From the NCBI GenBank assembly GCA_013265495.1, contig MU057487.1:1054001-1118000 (forward strand): a stretch of DNA of 64,000 nucleotides, in the 5' to 3' direction. Below the pieces are notes generated by a model. It ran no database searches, was not told where the DNA came from, and saw nothing but the letters and a program-made list of their open reading frames with translations. The first letter of the stretch is position 1. Every line of letters starts with the position of its first letter. Position numbers and translations under genes: made by a program. Positions 12,530 to 25,749 of this stretch are shown here, piece by piece. Origin of the DNA: Vicugna vicugna. Its lineage: Eukaryota.

Positions 12530-14560
12530 TTAGGGATATGACTGGCTCCATTGATGCATACTCAACTTCCACTTCAAATATATATAAAAATGCTTGGTAA
12601 ATATAACCTTTTTAAAATACAAAACTAATCTTAAAGGAAATAATAAGTTCATAAATGAAAGAGTAAAGATAAGAGTTGATACTTTTCCTACAGGGAGGGA
12701 AAGAATCCATGAGATTCCAATATAGATCTTGACAGCAAAAGGTTAGGTTTTTAATACCTAGTTTTATCCAGGGATATGAGACATAGAAATAAAGTACTTA
12801 AATAAAGCCAGGATGCTTAATATAGCCATGTTTTCCACACAAAGGGGTCTAGAAGCAGCAAGGAAGCCTATGGTCTGTTCAAAATACTGGATAGGGAAAA
12901 GTTAAATTTCCCAAGAGAAACTGAAATTGTATATCTAATTAGGTGTGAGATCTAAATGTGGACCACCCAAGCGGCACAGGACACTCAAGGTGGGAAATGA
13001 ATTCTGAAAAGAAAAGCACACAGAAACTAGTGTTTCTCACAGAAGTAAGCAGACAAATAACAAAAAGACACAAAAGCTTTATACAGAATCCACATCACAT
13101 ATGACTTCCATGGATAAATAAGTGTAACTATGAGCTAACCCTAAGAAATTTTAAACCATGCAAGGAAATAGATCTCTTTGAGAAAGTCAGCAAATAAATA
13201 TAAGAGGGTAATTAGCATGCTAAATAAGACCTTAATAGAGTTTGGGAAGACTCTAAAATAAGTGTAAGTGGTTTAAAAAATAAGAATATGAAATAAAGTG
13301 CTATGAAAATTATTGACATTATTTTAAAAGGCAGATTAGAAAAAGAAACGTATCTAGGAATTTAAAAGAGAGATTATCACTAAAATCTAAAATGCAATGA
13401 ATGAGTAAAACAGTACATAAGCATAGTAAAAGGGAATACAGGTAAACTGGAAAATAGTTTGGAAAAACTTACCCAGAGCTGGAAAAAAGTAGAAAATACA
13501 AGGCTAAAACACAAAGAGATAAATTGAGAAAGTCCAGCATATTCTCAATGAGAGTTTCAGAAAAAATAATAGGGAAGATAGTGGTAACACAGAAATTTAA
13601 ACATAATAGTGGAGAATCTTCCAGAACAGAAAATCAGTCCACAATTTAAGCAAATAAAATTAATTCCGAATAAAAATAAATTTGCACCAAGTCACATCAG
13701 AATGAAACTTTAGAATACAAAATCAAAGAGAAAACTCTTAAAAGCAATTTGGAGAAACAGAGATTACCTATAAAAGAATAACAATTAAAAGGATCGCAGA
13801 TTTCATATCAGCAAAAATACAGACCAGAAGACAATGAAAAAATGTCAGTCTGTAATTTTATACAAGCTGAGTAATTACTCAAAAATAAGTTTTCAAACAA
13901 AAATAGAGAAGCAAGACAAACTCCATGATAAATAGAAGAGAGAAACTATGATAGTCAAAATGAATCCAAATCAGTAATTACAAGAGATATAAAAAAATTA
14001 ATCTCAAACAAAAGAAAACAGAGATTCTAAGATACGATTTTAAAAATAAAGATTATTTGCTGTTTACACAAAACATACTTATACTCAAATATACAGAGTT
14101 ATTACGTTATTGAAATAGGAAAGGATAAACCAAGACAATACCAAAGGAACAAAACCTACTGTGGCAATATTAATATCAGGCAATAGAAATTTTAGGCAAA
14201 ACTCATGTTGTAGTGAAAAAGAACACATTACTTTTAATAACATGGGGATAGTTCCCCAGGAAGATGATCCTAAATGTATCTCATAATATTGCCTTAAAAT
14301 TTAGGACAAAAATGGACAGAAATTCAAAAAGAAATACCCCTGATAATGCTGAATAAAATATTGTCTCAAACACAATTTATATATGAATAAAACTTTCATA
14401 AATATAAGACCTAGTTAAGATTTTAAGATAGAAATTATCTCCATTGTCATCTTGGTTACACCACACATTTACCTATAAAACCATAGTTTAAAATTTGTCC
14501 TCCATCACAAATTATCAATTTTTAAATAATGAAGTTTAACTATAAATAGTTAAGCTTCTT
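12530..14560 (+). mobile_element. Ancient L1 (L1ME/L1M5-like): 5' region, ORF1 and ORF2 endonuclease remnants
   Basis: A-rich; ORF1-like aaatgcaatgaatgag..agagaaaactcttaaaagca..cagatttcatatcagcaa..agaccagaagacaatg; EN-like ttgctgtttacacaaaacatac, gtggcaatattaatatcag. Confidence 0.75.
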
Positions 14561-14899
14561 ATGTTAAACAACGTTTAAAAAGGCAATAATCCTTTCTGAT
14601 ATAGTGCCTTTCTGTGTATAAAAAAAACTTTTCACAAACATTGATGCTTAGAGAAAGTAGGTCACAAAGTCACACAGAATATTAATAACCAAGAGTAAGC
14701 CTAGGGCTCCTAACTGTAAAAATCAGCGTTCTTTACATGTCACCAAACTGCCTCTCAAGCTTCTTAAAGAATTTGTTAGAAAATGTAAGTATTGATTTAT
14801 TTATTTCATCCAGTATCTATTGCTAAAAAGTACATATGATGATGAATTAGACATACACAGACCATTCACACTATCTTAAACATTGATTTTCTAGTCTTT

Positions 14900-15200
14900 C
14901 CATTTGTGAGTTTCCTCCATCTTTCTCACTGCTCCATCTTAGTCTCCATCTCCACTGTGGGCTACTCTTTCCCCTGCCCAACCCCTACTGCATCTCCAGG
15001 ATTCCACTCTGTCCTGTTGCCTTCTTGGTCTTCTACACATTCTGACTAGGCCATCTTATCATCACATTTCCTTCAGGTATCAAGCACTCGTTAAGCTGAT
15101 GACTCTCAAACACATGACTCCAGTCTAGAGCTCTGTTTTGAACCCCAAGACAGATATCCATTGCGTAGTGGATCTCCAGGGACACAAACTCACCAGCTAC
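14900..15200 (+). mobile_element. L2 fragment
   Basis: gctgatgactctcaaa..tccagtctagagctctgttttgaacccca..gacagatatcca matches the L2 RT (ADDSQ) region. Confidence 0.6.
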
Positions 15201-15769
15201 TCTCGCAACCTCCTCGGCAGCTGAGGATTACAAAAGTAGATTTTGTGGCTCTCCTGCTTGGATCTGTACAAATTTATTCTCATTACGTATTTCTTCCCCA
15301 CTTTTGCTTTGTCTAAATTTCATCAACACCCCCAAAGGCACTGACCTTAAAAATGGACTTCTCACTGTCAGAGCAAAATGATGACCTTAGCTACTAGTTC
15401 ACTGAGAACACACAAGTTACTACATGTAAACATCCTTGTCTTACCTCCTGTCCTCTCCCAATTGCTCACTATTACACCCATTGATTTTTGTTCCCTCCTC
15501 ACTCTTGTTGCAGAAGAGCCTCTTTTGCTTACAGAGGTATTCTAGTAAGGCAGATGGGGGTGTCAGCAAGATACTCTTCATAACTTCACGTTTGCATGCT
15601 GAGAATGAAATTGGGAGAAGTGTAATTAATGAGATTAGCCATCTGTACAAGAAATGTCCCTCAGTAATGAGTGGCTAAAGTGTTTCAGGAACATCCAGGC
15701 TCAATGCCCTCAGCGTCCTCTCAGAAAATCATTAGCTTATCTAGGCTTGCAGTTAATCAACTGGATCAT

Positions 15770-16020
15770 AAAGACATGAGATTTGGAGACAGACAGATCA
15801 TTCCAGTTCAAGCTAAACTACTTTCGCAGTAATTTTGTTCAACTTATCTAACTTTTCTATGCCTCAGTTTTCTCAAATATCAAATAAGGGTAGTGGTACA
15901 TACTTCACATAATTATGAAATTAGATGAGTGAATTTATAGATAGCCTGGCCACAGTATGTATCAACAAGGAGTTATGGAGACTGAAATCATAGCTGTAGA
16001 AATAGTATTAACTGTGATAA
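15770..16020 (+). mobile_element. MIR SINE
   Basis: ttggagacagacaga..aacttttctatgcctcagttttctca..tacttcacat..gcctggc. Confidence 0.7.
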
Positions 16021-16179
16021 TAATCCTTTGTCATTGTTTGTTGCTATGTGTAAGTAAGAACAATTAGCATGAAGCATAGAAAAGTGATGTCAAAGGGCAG
16101 TTATGACCTGTACTATAAAGTTGTCCCCTGACCAATAGGTCTAAATGAGCCAGTTCTCTCTCTTTTCTTTTCTTTTCTT

Positions 16180-16560
16180 TTTAATTGCATACCCATGACT
16201 TACTTATTTCATAATTGGATGTTTGTACCTTTGGCCTTCTTAACTCATTTTGTCCACCACCTACCTCCAACACCCCCACCTCTGGCAGCCACCTGTCTGT
16301 TCGCTGTGTCTATGAGTTTGTTTTTGTTTGTTTTGTTTGTATTTTAAAAAGATTCCATATATAAGTCAGATCACGTGGTATTTATTTTTCTCTGTCTGAC
16401 TTACTTTACTTAGCATAATGCCCTCAAGTTCCATCCATCCATGTCATTGCAAATGGCAAAAGTCCATTGTTTTTATGGCTGAATACTATTCTATTGTCTA
16501 GATATACCACAACTTCTTTATCCAATCATCCATCAATGAACACTTAAGTTGTTTCCATGA
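16180..16560 (-). mobile_element. L1 3' fragment (L1MA9-like)
   Basis: gattccatatataagtcagatcacgtggtattt..ttagcataatgccctcaagttccatcc..tttttatggctgaatactattct. Confidence 0.88.
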
Positions 16561-16871
16561 GCCTATTCTCTTGATACGTAGATTCCTACATTGCTCTTTG
16601 GGCTACCATAGCTCAATGGCCATTAAAATAATGCAGTTAACTCTTGTTATTCTGATTCTGTGCTCAGCAACCAGCCTGTTGTTTGTAATTTGATTTCACA
16701 GGTAGCTTTTTAATACAGAGAGAATATACTGAACAGCCCACAGAAACATTCCAATCCTCATGGCATGTATACCTTCCACTATAAAACACTGGCATTCTGG
16801 TTTAGACACCAATTTCTTATGAGTTGATTTTGTAGAGTTTATCCCTGAGAGACTGATTATCTGTGTGTATA

Positions 16872-18062
16872 CTGACATTGTGACATAAGAAATACATATA
16901 GGTGTCTCTTGGAGATACTGCAGCTTGGTTCCAGACCACCACAATAATTAATGTAACATAACAAAGCAAGTCACATGAATTTTTGGGTTTCCCAATGAAT
17001 AGAAAAGTTATCTTTACACTATACTGTAGGCTATTAAGTGTGCAACAGCATTATGCCTAAAAAATAAAAACCACATCCCTTAATTTAAAAATAATTTATT
17101 GCTAAAAAATTTAACCATCATCTGAAAGCATATAGTAATAATGAAAAAATTTAAAATATTGCAAGAATTACAAAATGTGACACAGAGACATGAAGTGAGC
17201 AAATGCTGTTGGAAAAGTGATGCTGATATACGTGCTTGATGAAGGGTTGCCACAAACTCAATTTTTAAAAAACACGGTATCTGTGAAGTGCAACAGAGCA
17301 AAATCAATAAAATGAGGTATGCCTGTATTCGATCTTTGTCCACCCCTTTCTGTTTCCTGGCATACAGCTCCTAAAACCCTAGCAATCTCTGAAGCAATGT
17401 GTCTTTTTGTGAGAAGACAAGTGGCTGGGGATTCCTGGTAGCCCCTAAGGATGGAGAGATGGTTGCCAGGGGAATCAAGCAAGTGATTACAAGGTTGAAA
17501 AACTTTCAATTTCACCCCCTGATCTCCTGGGAGAGAGTCTGGAATCATCAATGGCCAGTGATTTAATCAAACACACCTATGTAATAAAACTTCTATAAAA
17601 ACCCTAACCTAGTGGGTTTGGAGAACTTCCCTGTTGGTGAACACATGGAGATGCTGGGAGGACGGTGCTCTCAGAAAGGGCACAGAAGCTCTGTACACCA
17701 TGCATCCTTGCCCCATGCATCTTTTCTATATAGTTGTTCCTAAATTGTATCTTTTTATAATAAACTGGTAATCTGGTAAATATACTGTTTTATTGAGTTC
17801 TGTGACTCATTCTAGCAAATTATCAAGCCCAAGAAGGGTTGTGGGAGCCTCCAATTTATAGCTAATCAGTTAAGAGTACAGGTGGCAGCTTGGACTTGTG
17901 ATTGGCATCTGAAGTGGTGTGAGTGGCAGAGGCAGTGTTGTGGGACTTGAGCCTTTAACTTGTGGGACCTGACACTAACTCCAGGTAGACAGTCTCAGAA
18001 CTGTATTGAATTTTAGGTCACCCCGCTGGTGTCAGAAGGATTTGTCAGTGTGGAAGGAAAAC
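16872..18062 (+). mobile_element. MER21-family (ERVL) LTR, interrupted near its 5' end
   Basis: 5' stub tgacattgtgacataagaaataca, resuming at ttcctggcatacagctcctaaaaccct..ttggtgaacacatggag..gagttctgtga..ctaactccaggtagacagt. Confidence 0.85.
16899..17325 (-). mobile_element. Internally deleted Tigger1 derivative (Tigger1a_Art-like MITE)
   Basis: Both Tigger1 ends present (ggagatactgcagcttggttccagaccac... and ...caataaaatgaggtatgcctg), flanked by TA at 16897-16898 and 17326-17327. Confidence 0.88.
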
Positions 18063-18419
18063 AAAAACAAAAACAAACAAAAAAAAAAACCAAGCAACCC
18101 TATACAGACATAATCAAAGTTCTTCTTCTAAATAGTTGATGATCTGACCATGGCTTAACATGACTTTACTGAAGTGAAGCTGTCTGACCAGCGTCTCTCA
18201 TGCCAAACCCATGTCCTCATCTTTCACATTCAACAAAATTCTCTCTTAGTCTTGTATACCATCCCCTCTTCAGTCTTTTCCATGATTCTCCCTCTTCCTT
18301 TTCTTTCTGGTTCCTCTATCTTTCCACAAACACACCTAAATTTCCTCTATCCTATATACTCTTTCGTTTACTAGTTTCTCAAACTTCTATTTTTTATTTT
18401 ACATTTTTATTGCAAATCT

Positions 18420-19850
18420 TCTTTAAAGAGTTACATAAGATAAATATGGCTGATAAACACACATTGACACAACATCCTCTCTACTCAAAACCTATAAAAT
18501 TACAGGAATAATTTTTTTACATGAAAGTATCTCCTTGAGCTCCAAAGCCAAAAAGAAAACTTCAGATGCTATAAACAAAGGAATATTCCACAGAGGTAAG
18601 CAAAAGATAAAGCAAAAAATCTCATGAAAGCTGGGACCACACATGGGCTGTGAGGTTTGCGGCACTGACCAAAACAGAAGGGTGGGAACTAAGTCTTGCA
18701 CCCCACAAATGGTAGAAGGCTGAAATCTACATGAATATCAAGCCCCAGGGAGCAAATATGGGCAATAATTAGAAAATTAAAAAGGCACTCCATTGTTTTA
18801 ATTAATGATTGATAGATGTGTAAGTAAGAAAGTCTGCATCTAAGAAAATAGATACAAAAAGAAATACGTTTAAAATTTTCAAAGAGAGATTATCACTTGT
18901 GAAGTAAAATCAGGCAATAAAATTATTTCTATACCAATAACTAAATAAATAAATTGAAGCAGTAACCCAAAATTTCTCTTTCTCCCAGCACCCCATAGTC
19001 AACAAACCCCCAATAAGGACTCTGGTTCAGGAACACTTAATGGACAAGCCTTCAAGAGACAGAGAATCCCAATCTTACACTAGCTGTTCCAGAGAAATAA
19101 AAAAAAATAAAAGTCACTTACCTTGTTTTATTAGGCCAATAAATCCTGATACTGAAACTTTCAGAGTATAAGGAAATAAACACATTGGCCAATTTTACTT
19201 ATGAAATATACATAAATAGCTGACAAAACGTTCACAAATAAAACATTTGCAGATAAAATCCAATAGGCTATATTAAGAATATGCTCACAAACATGTACTT
19301 TTTAACCTTTTCTTGGAAAACAAAAGTGACTAAGCAATAAGAATAATCGATCAATAAAATTTACCATCTCAACGAATGAAGGGAGAGATGCCTTCTATAA
19401 TTATATTTTTAGAACCCAAAAGCTTGGGATAAAATTCGGTATTTATTCTTGGTTTTTAAAAAGCTGTTAAATTAGAACTAGAAGAAAACTGTCTTAACCT
19501 GAGAAAGTGTATTTACAAATATCTTTAGAGTGAGCATTATGCTTAAAGATGGACCTTTGAAAAATCCTCTTTAAAGTCAACTATAATTTTAAAAAACTGT
19601 TATTACTTCTGCTGTACAGTATTGTATCAGATGTTCAAGTCAATATAATAATACAGTTAAAAAGAAAAGAAAAGAAAAGAAAAGAAATAGAAAGACTGAA
19701 GAGGAAAATTCCTCTCCCCACTTTTTTTTCCAGGTTTCATGACCACCTACATAGAAAACCTGAGCAAATTAGATAATTAGACTTAACAGAATTTAAAAGC
19801 ACATTCAACAAGGTTACTGAATATATAAAACATATAAATAGTAGGACTCT
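18420..19850 (+). mobile_element. Ancient L1 ORF2 (RT) remnants
   Basis: ccaatcttacactagctgttccagagaaata..cctgatactgaaac..catgaccacctacatagaaaacc (degenerate DDMIVYLENP region); left boundary uncertain. Confidence 0.65.
19659..19687. repeat. (AAAAG)n microsatellite
   Basis: Direct reading. Confidence 0.9.
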
Positions 19851-20606
19851 GCTTGCGTCATGATCACAAATGGATGAAGTCACGGTGAGGGAAAAGAGCA
19901 TCACCAATGTACACCCACTTGTCTGCTGCCTATTTCCTCCATATGCTGAGGTTGACCTTCTAGCCTGTCTCCCTTCCTCACTTGTGTGTCTAAGGAAGCT
20001 GGCAGCACTTCAGCTCACTTTACCAAAAAAGCTGGCCTGAGTATGGAAATGTCCCCAATTAGGGATTTATGCAGAGAAAACAGGAGAGATTATAACACTG
20101 ATGTAAACTGCATATTCCAAATACGCCTCATCAGAAGTCCAACAAGAGAATGACATCTTACTTCCCGTTTATTCCTTTGAGAATGCCCAAACCAAAATTC
20201 CTTCGTTCCTTTCTTTTTTCCTGGCAGGGGAATATTGCTTTTTGTTTGAGGGTTTTTTTGTGTTTGTTTGTTTCGCTTAATTCAGTTCTAGAGCATCAGA
20301 GATTCACCTTGAATGCCTAGGCACACTAGCTTCCTCCTATGCACTCTCACGTTCCGACAATTTTGTTCACGCTGTTTCCTCAATTACGAAAGATTCCTCC
20401 CTTCCCCGGTCAAAAGTTTACTCTTCATAAAAATCCTGCCCAAGCGCATTCTCTATGAAGTGTCCAGATACTTCCCAGTTAGTGGCAGCCCAGTGTTTAT
20501 ACATGCCTGTGTTTATGTCTCTGTCTATTTGTGCATCATGGTGGGGCACCAAGCATTGTATAGGCAAGTATCCTAACTATATCTGTGGAGTATTTTAAAG
20601 CCGACC

Positions 20607-20780
20607 CTAGTGCTGTCCAACAGCATTTTCTTCAATAAATAGAAATGTTATATGTCAGCATTCTCCAAAGCTGTAGCCACTATCCATTTACGGCAGATAA
20701 GCACTTGGAATGTGGCTGGTAGGACTGGAGAAATGAATTCTTTATTTTATTTCATTGTCATAAATTTAAATGTAAATAGT
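20607..20780 (+). mobile_element. MER3 (hAT-Charlie), 3' truncated
   Basis: gtgctgtccaacag..gaaatgttatat..gtagccact..agcacttggaatgtggctggt..aaatttaaatgtaaatag. Confidence 0.8.
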
Positions 20781-22789
20781 GGAGTTTGAAAGCTTTCTTG
20801 TGACAAAAAATTACACAAACTAACATGACAGTCTGACAAATAACTGAAATCAAATTAATTTCCAACTTTAGTTACCATCTTAGGTGCTTGGTAGCATCCA
20901 CTTACTGCTCTTTCCAGATGGTCCCTGTGGTTGGAGGGACTTCGTTAAGGAGAGAAAACTTAGTACTTGTTTTAAAGGAAGTTATAAGCCTTCAACAATG
21001 AGTGTTAGAAATATTCTAGGCGTGAGAAATGGCGACCGTAGAAGTATGGAGGTGAAACAGCATTTTATTTTTAAAAATTAATTTACTTGAGGACCATGGA
21101 AGATATAGGCAGAGACTTGCACTTTCTCTTAAATATTATATCCCATCTACCTACCTCTAATATCCTATTCTAGGGTACTGCTCCAGAATTGTGTCTGTTT
21201 CTCTCCAGTATCATCAACTATTTCCTCTCTATTGATTGATTCCCAGTACAGCATAATAAAGCTGTTATTTCTCCCATTATAAGGGGGGTGGGGGGAAGCA
21301 CTTTGGGGGGCTCCTTTTCCCCAGCAGCACCCAACTCATTTCATCTCATTTCTCTCTTTTATTTCTCGGTGATCAAGCATTTGATTAATGTTTCATCAAC
21401 CAATTGGCAGCCTTTGACACAATTTGTTTAGAGCAGACGTTAGTACCTCTAGGAAAGTCAGGATTCAGGATTCAACAGCTCTCCAAGAGGCAGTCTACAG
21501 GGCTTCTAGGACAGCATCCTATCGTGCTTTTCCTCCTGCCCACCTGGCAGCTTCTTCCCAGTCTCCATTTACATACATCAGTCACCCAGAGAGCCTGATA
21601 ACTTATCAAAAGACCACAATTAATAACTGGCAGACCTGGAAACCAAACTTCACCGTCTCCGACTTCCAAGTCAGTGCCAATTACAGTCATGTTAAACACT
21701 TTTATAGGATATTGGATAGAGGTCTCAGAAACAGTCATTTCCTACTTGACTATGCCTCAGGGAAAGGAAAAGAACAGAGACTAGAGAAAGAAGGCTGCTT
21801 AGACACAGATGCCTCATCTAAAATCTCTCATCTGATGTACACATTGAGTGAGATTTCCTTGGTCACCAAATTAATAACAGTATGTGGTCCCCATCCTGGG
21901 ACACAAAAACTTTGCAATTATAGTCACTAGCAACTCATGTAGTCCACAGCTTCAGACAGAAAAATCCAGGGAGGAGGTGGATTAATTTAATTCATAAAAT
22001 AAATTTAATTAAATAAATGCATACTTGTACTGTGGGATCATTATGTTCTCATGATTGTCTCTTCCTGGACATAAACAGACTCACAATTACCATATAAATT
22101 ACCTGCACAAGGATACAATCGTAATAACTTGTATTTGTTCACTATTATTTGCTTTGCAAAATCCTCATATCTGTTATCTCACTTAATATAAGTGGCAATG
22201 GACTAAACTGATAAAAGGTACAATATTTGCAGCTTGCTTGGAAATCACTTAGAAAATTTTTACTTAGTGCAGAGTATTGGCTTCACACCTGTGCCCTTCA
22301 ACCTGCCAAATGGTATCCCTCCAGGTGCACTTAAGGATGCTGATCATTAATCTGCATAGTCTAAGAATCCTGAAATCTGATGGCCTCATAGATGCTTTTC
22401 TTCCTATACACTGAGAAAATTTTTAGAATTGCATATAGCAGATTATAAAATAATGTTTCTTCTATAAAGATAGTATAACTCTGAAATCTTTCTCTTGTGG
22501 TCCAAAGCACACAAATAAGCTGGCAGTCTAGGGCATTAGGCAAAGTCCATCTGTTTGGTCAGGCATCTGTCCAAAAGAAGACAAAGATTTTCTTTTCTCC
22601 CTCATGGATTTTTTTTTTTTAATTTAAGTTCCCCTAGTAAAGGAAACTGAAACTGAGCCGTGATAGCTATACTTGGATGTGCTGAAGAATAATGCCTTCT
22701 CTCAATATTTTATTCCTAAATCTTCCCATACTCCACCCAACCACCACCATGTAACCAAATATTGATATTTGCCACTAGACATTGAAATT

Positions 22790-23045
22790 AATATGTTCAC
22801 ATTGCTTCTCTCTTGTTCAGTGAAGGGACAAGTTTTCTGTCAGATCCTCCAGCTCTGTGCTCACAAGACTTACTGTGCTCTTAGTTACGTGTTCAATGAA
22901 TACCCTTTCCCATGGCACCATAAGCTCCAAGAGTGCCAGGGCTGGTCTCCCCACTGTAGCCCAGCATCCAGAATAGTACCTGACACAGAACAGTTTTCTT
23001 CTCACACAAGAAGTTTGCTCATTACTCAATATTGAATGTATGGTT
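22790..23045 (+). mobile_element. L2 3' end
   Basis: taagctccaagagtgccaggg..cactgtagcccagcatccagaatagtacctgacaca..ctcaatattgaatg. Confidence 0.7.
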
Positions 23046-23487
23046 AAGTCAGTCCTTCTGTCAAAAACACTCTAGATGTGTAGATAAATATTCACAAAAT
23101 GCCATGAATTAGACTCTTCAGACTTCCAGTACTGATTTTCTGACTGATATGAAGATTAGGTGCAACACAGTGTATCACAATACCAAACATCGTAACTTGA
23201 GAAAAGTTTGAATGCATAATGTATCGTGTGATCTGACTATGATGGAAAATGAGGATGGATTCCCCTTAACTGGAAAGCAGTATTTAGCTACAATAACTAG
23301 CAGGACATGGAAAGTAGAGTTGTTGTAAATTTGAAACAATAACAATGTAAGTCATCACTATCTGTCAACCAAAAGTCACAGGGCAGAGTAGCTCTAATAC
23401 AGCAGCACTGTGTATGCAACTGAGGCACAAAAACTCTATTTGGACTGAAAGCTCACCCCTACCCCTGCACAGGGGAGCTGTTAATAC

Positions 23488-23585
23488 AGGAAGGAAAGGC
23501 GGAAAAGAGAAAAGAAGGGAGAAGGGAAGAAAGGGAGGGAGGGAGGAAAGCAAACAAGGAGAGAGGGAGGGAGGGAGGAGAAAAC
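23488..23585. repeat. Purine-rich (GGAA/GGGA) low-complexity tract
   Basis: Direct reading. Confidence 0.8.
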
Positions 23586-25164
23586 TATTGCCAGGGCCAC
23601 CGAAAACAAATTTATCTTAGATTCTTCTTGCATTAACTAAAATATAATGACTCATGCAATTCACAAAAGAATGCACTTTTTGCTAACACAAACACTTAGC
23701 TGACAATAACATGTAGAATTAGTTCAGACCAATCTCATAAATGCGTTAAGACTCAGCTATGTCCAAAGGGCAAATCTGAAAGATTCTGGAACTGCAGTCC
23801 AGCAGTTAATTAGCATGACAGACCTAAATGCCTCTTGGGAAGGAACCCACCCTCAGGCTGAAAAAGAGCAGCAATTTCAAACACAGCATCTAACTGACAT
23901 TCAGATGTGTCCTTAGCCCCAGAGCCCGCGAACTTGGCCCAAGTCTACTGTAAATGACTGTGACTACACTAAAATGCTATAAGCCGTCAGGAACACAAAC
24001 GGCTCGATCTGAGAATGGGGACTAAGTATTCCAGAGGAAAACTGAGAGAAGAAGGCTCTCCATCTAGCAGGACACGTGGCACAATGTAAGGCCATCCGAT
24101 GCTCAGCTTCAAAGGATTGGAACGGCTTTTGACATCCTTACAGCTGCAGCTTTGGCATCCACAGAGAATGCAAGCTGCAGTTTTGGCAAAAGTAAGAGGC
24201 ATATTTGCAGAAGTTTTCCAGAACCATATTCACCATCATGGTACCAATACTAAAGCAAGAGACTGGTCTCGGGTATCTGAGACACCGCCTAGAGGGGAAT
24301 TGAAGGTTCGCAATAGTACAGAGAGATGAAATCAGAGGAACACTAATTATATAACTGCACACCTCTCAACTCTTAACCAATGTGATCTGGTGAAAAACAA
24401 AATGCATATAATCTTGAAACAACTAAACAATCTTAAAGCTTCCAAAAGGCCAGTGAAAAAATACTCCTATTTATATGTTAAATGTTTCTGGTTTTCCTCT
24501 TCTGAGTGAGCCCCAAGAGCAGATCATGCACACATCACATAGGACTATAAGACGAACCACAAATAACTTAAGATTTGTCAGACAGCGACTAGTTCAACCA
24601 CGGACCAGCTTCACACATTACATCGCCAACACACACAGCAGCTGCCCTGCGAAGAGCACGTTCTGACTGAAATCTGAAATAAGTGAAAAATGCCAAAATT
24701 ACTACTAAGATTAACTCAATAAAATAACTTAGGTTCCACAGTGTCAGTCTTCAATATACTCAAAAAACACTAGCAAGTTCTTTATATCATGAATGCTGGG
24801 GACTTTTATATCATTTTTAAATAGATTTATCATTCCAGATTGGAAAAGTCAGATTAAGATGAGCTCTGGAATACTACGCATTTGGTTGACGTGAATACAA
24901 ATATCTCAAAAACCCAAGCCTAAGCGCCCGATAAATGGATAATGAGTCGAAGAGCTGAGTTTCTTATGTTGGAGCTCTGAATTGTTCAAATTTGTTCTCC
25001 AAGTTTGGATAGGCCATACATTAGTATGGTTACTTACTTCAGAAAACTCAGGATTCAACTAATCTCATGCAGACACAGCATAAAAGAAGACCCCAAAGAA
25101 TGTTTATAAAAATCTGTTTTAAAAAAAAGCCTTTTTCCATTGATTTCAGTGAGTTAAATAATAT

Positions 25165-25400
25165 TAGAGGAATCTGGCTTTGAAATTAGACAGGTTTGAC
25201 ATTGGTATCCATATCTACCAATTACTAACTGTAGTCCTTTGGGAAGTTATCAGCCTCTTCAAACAAGTTGACTGATCTCATAATGATGAATATTAATAAT
25301 CCATAGAATTTTATAAAGATAAAAGAAATAATGTGTGTACAATGCCTAGCTCAGTACCTGATACACAACACACACATAAATGGTAGACATTACTGTTACT
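25165..25400 (+). mobile_element. MIR SINE
   Basis: ggctttgaaattagacag..ttactaactgt..ctttgggaagttat..atgcctagctcagtacctgatacac..ataaatggtag. Confidence 0.7.
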
Positions 25401-25749
25401 TCGACTGGTGCTGTTATGTCCACTACTTTTACTGTCAATGTTACTTAATACTACTACTGCTACTAAGAGACCAAGGATGAGCATTGAAAATGCTGGAGAT
25501 GAGAATAATAAGTAGAGTTCATTTGTTTTCGAATATGAAAAAAACAAGAATAAAAATAATGACTATAACATTTCTGGATATCAAATTAGCCCTAATAAAC
25601 TTTTCTCTATAGAGAGGATTATGGAATTCACATTATCTTGGCATGCTTGCAGAATAGCTCATTAAAACACAGAGGGACTCTCCTCTCTTTAGCCATTTTA
25701 TCCTTTGGAATGCCCACCCAAAATATGCTAGACTACAAGAACTATAAAA

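Noticed and set aside
21424..21930. 168-aa plus-strand ORF
   Set aside because: TTG start, no recognisable homology or convincing splice context; compatible with chance.
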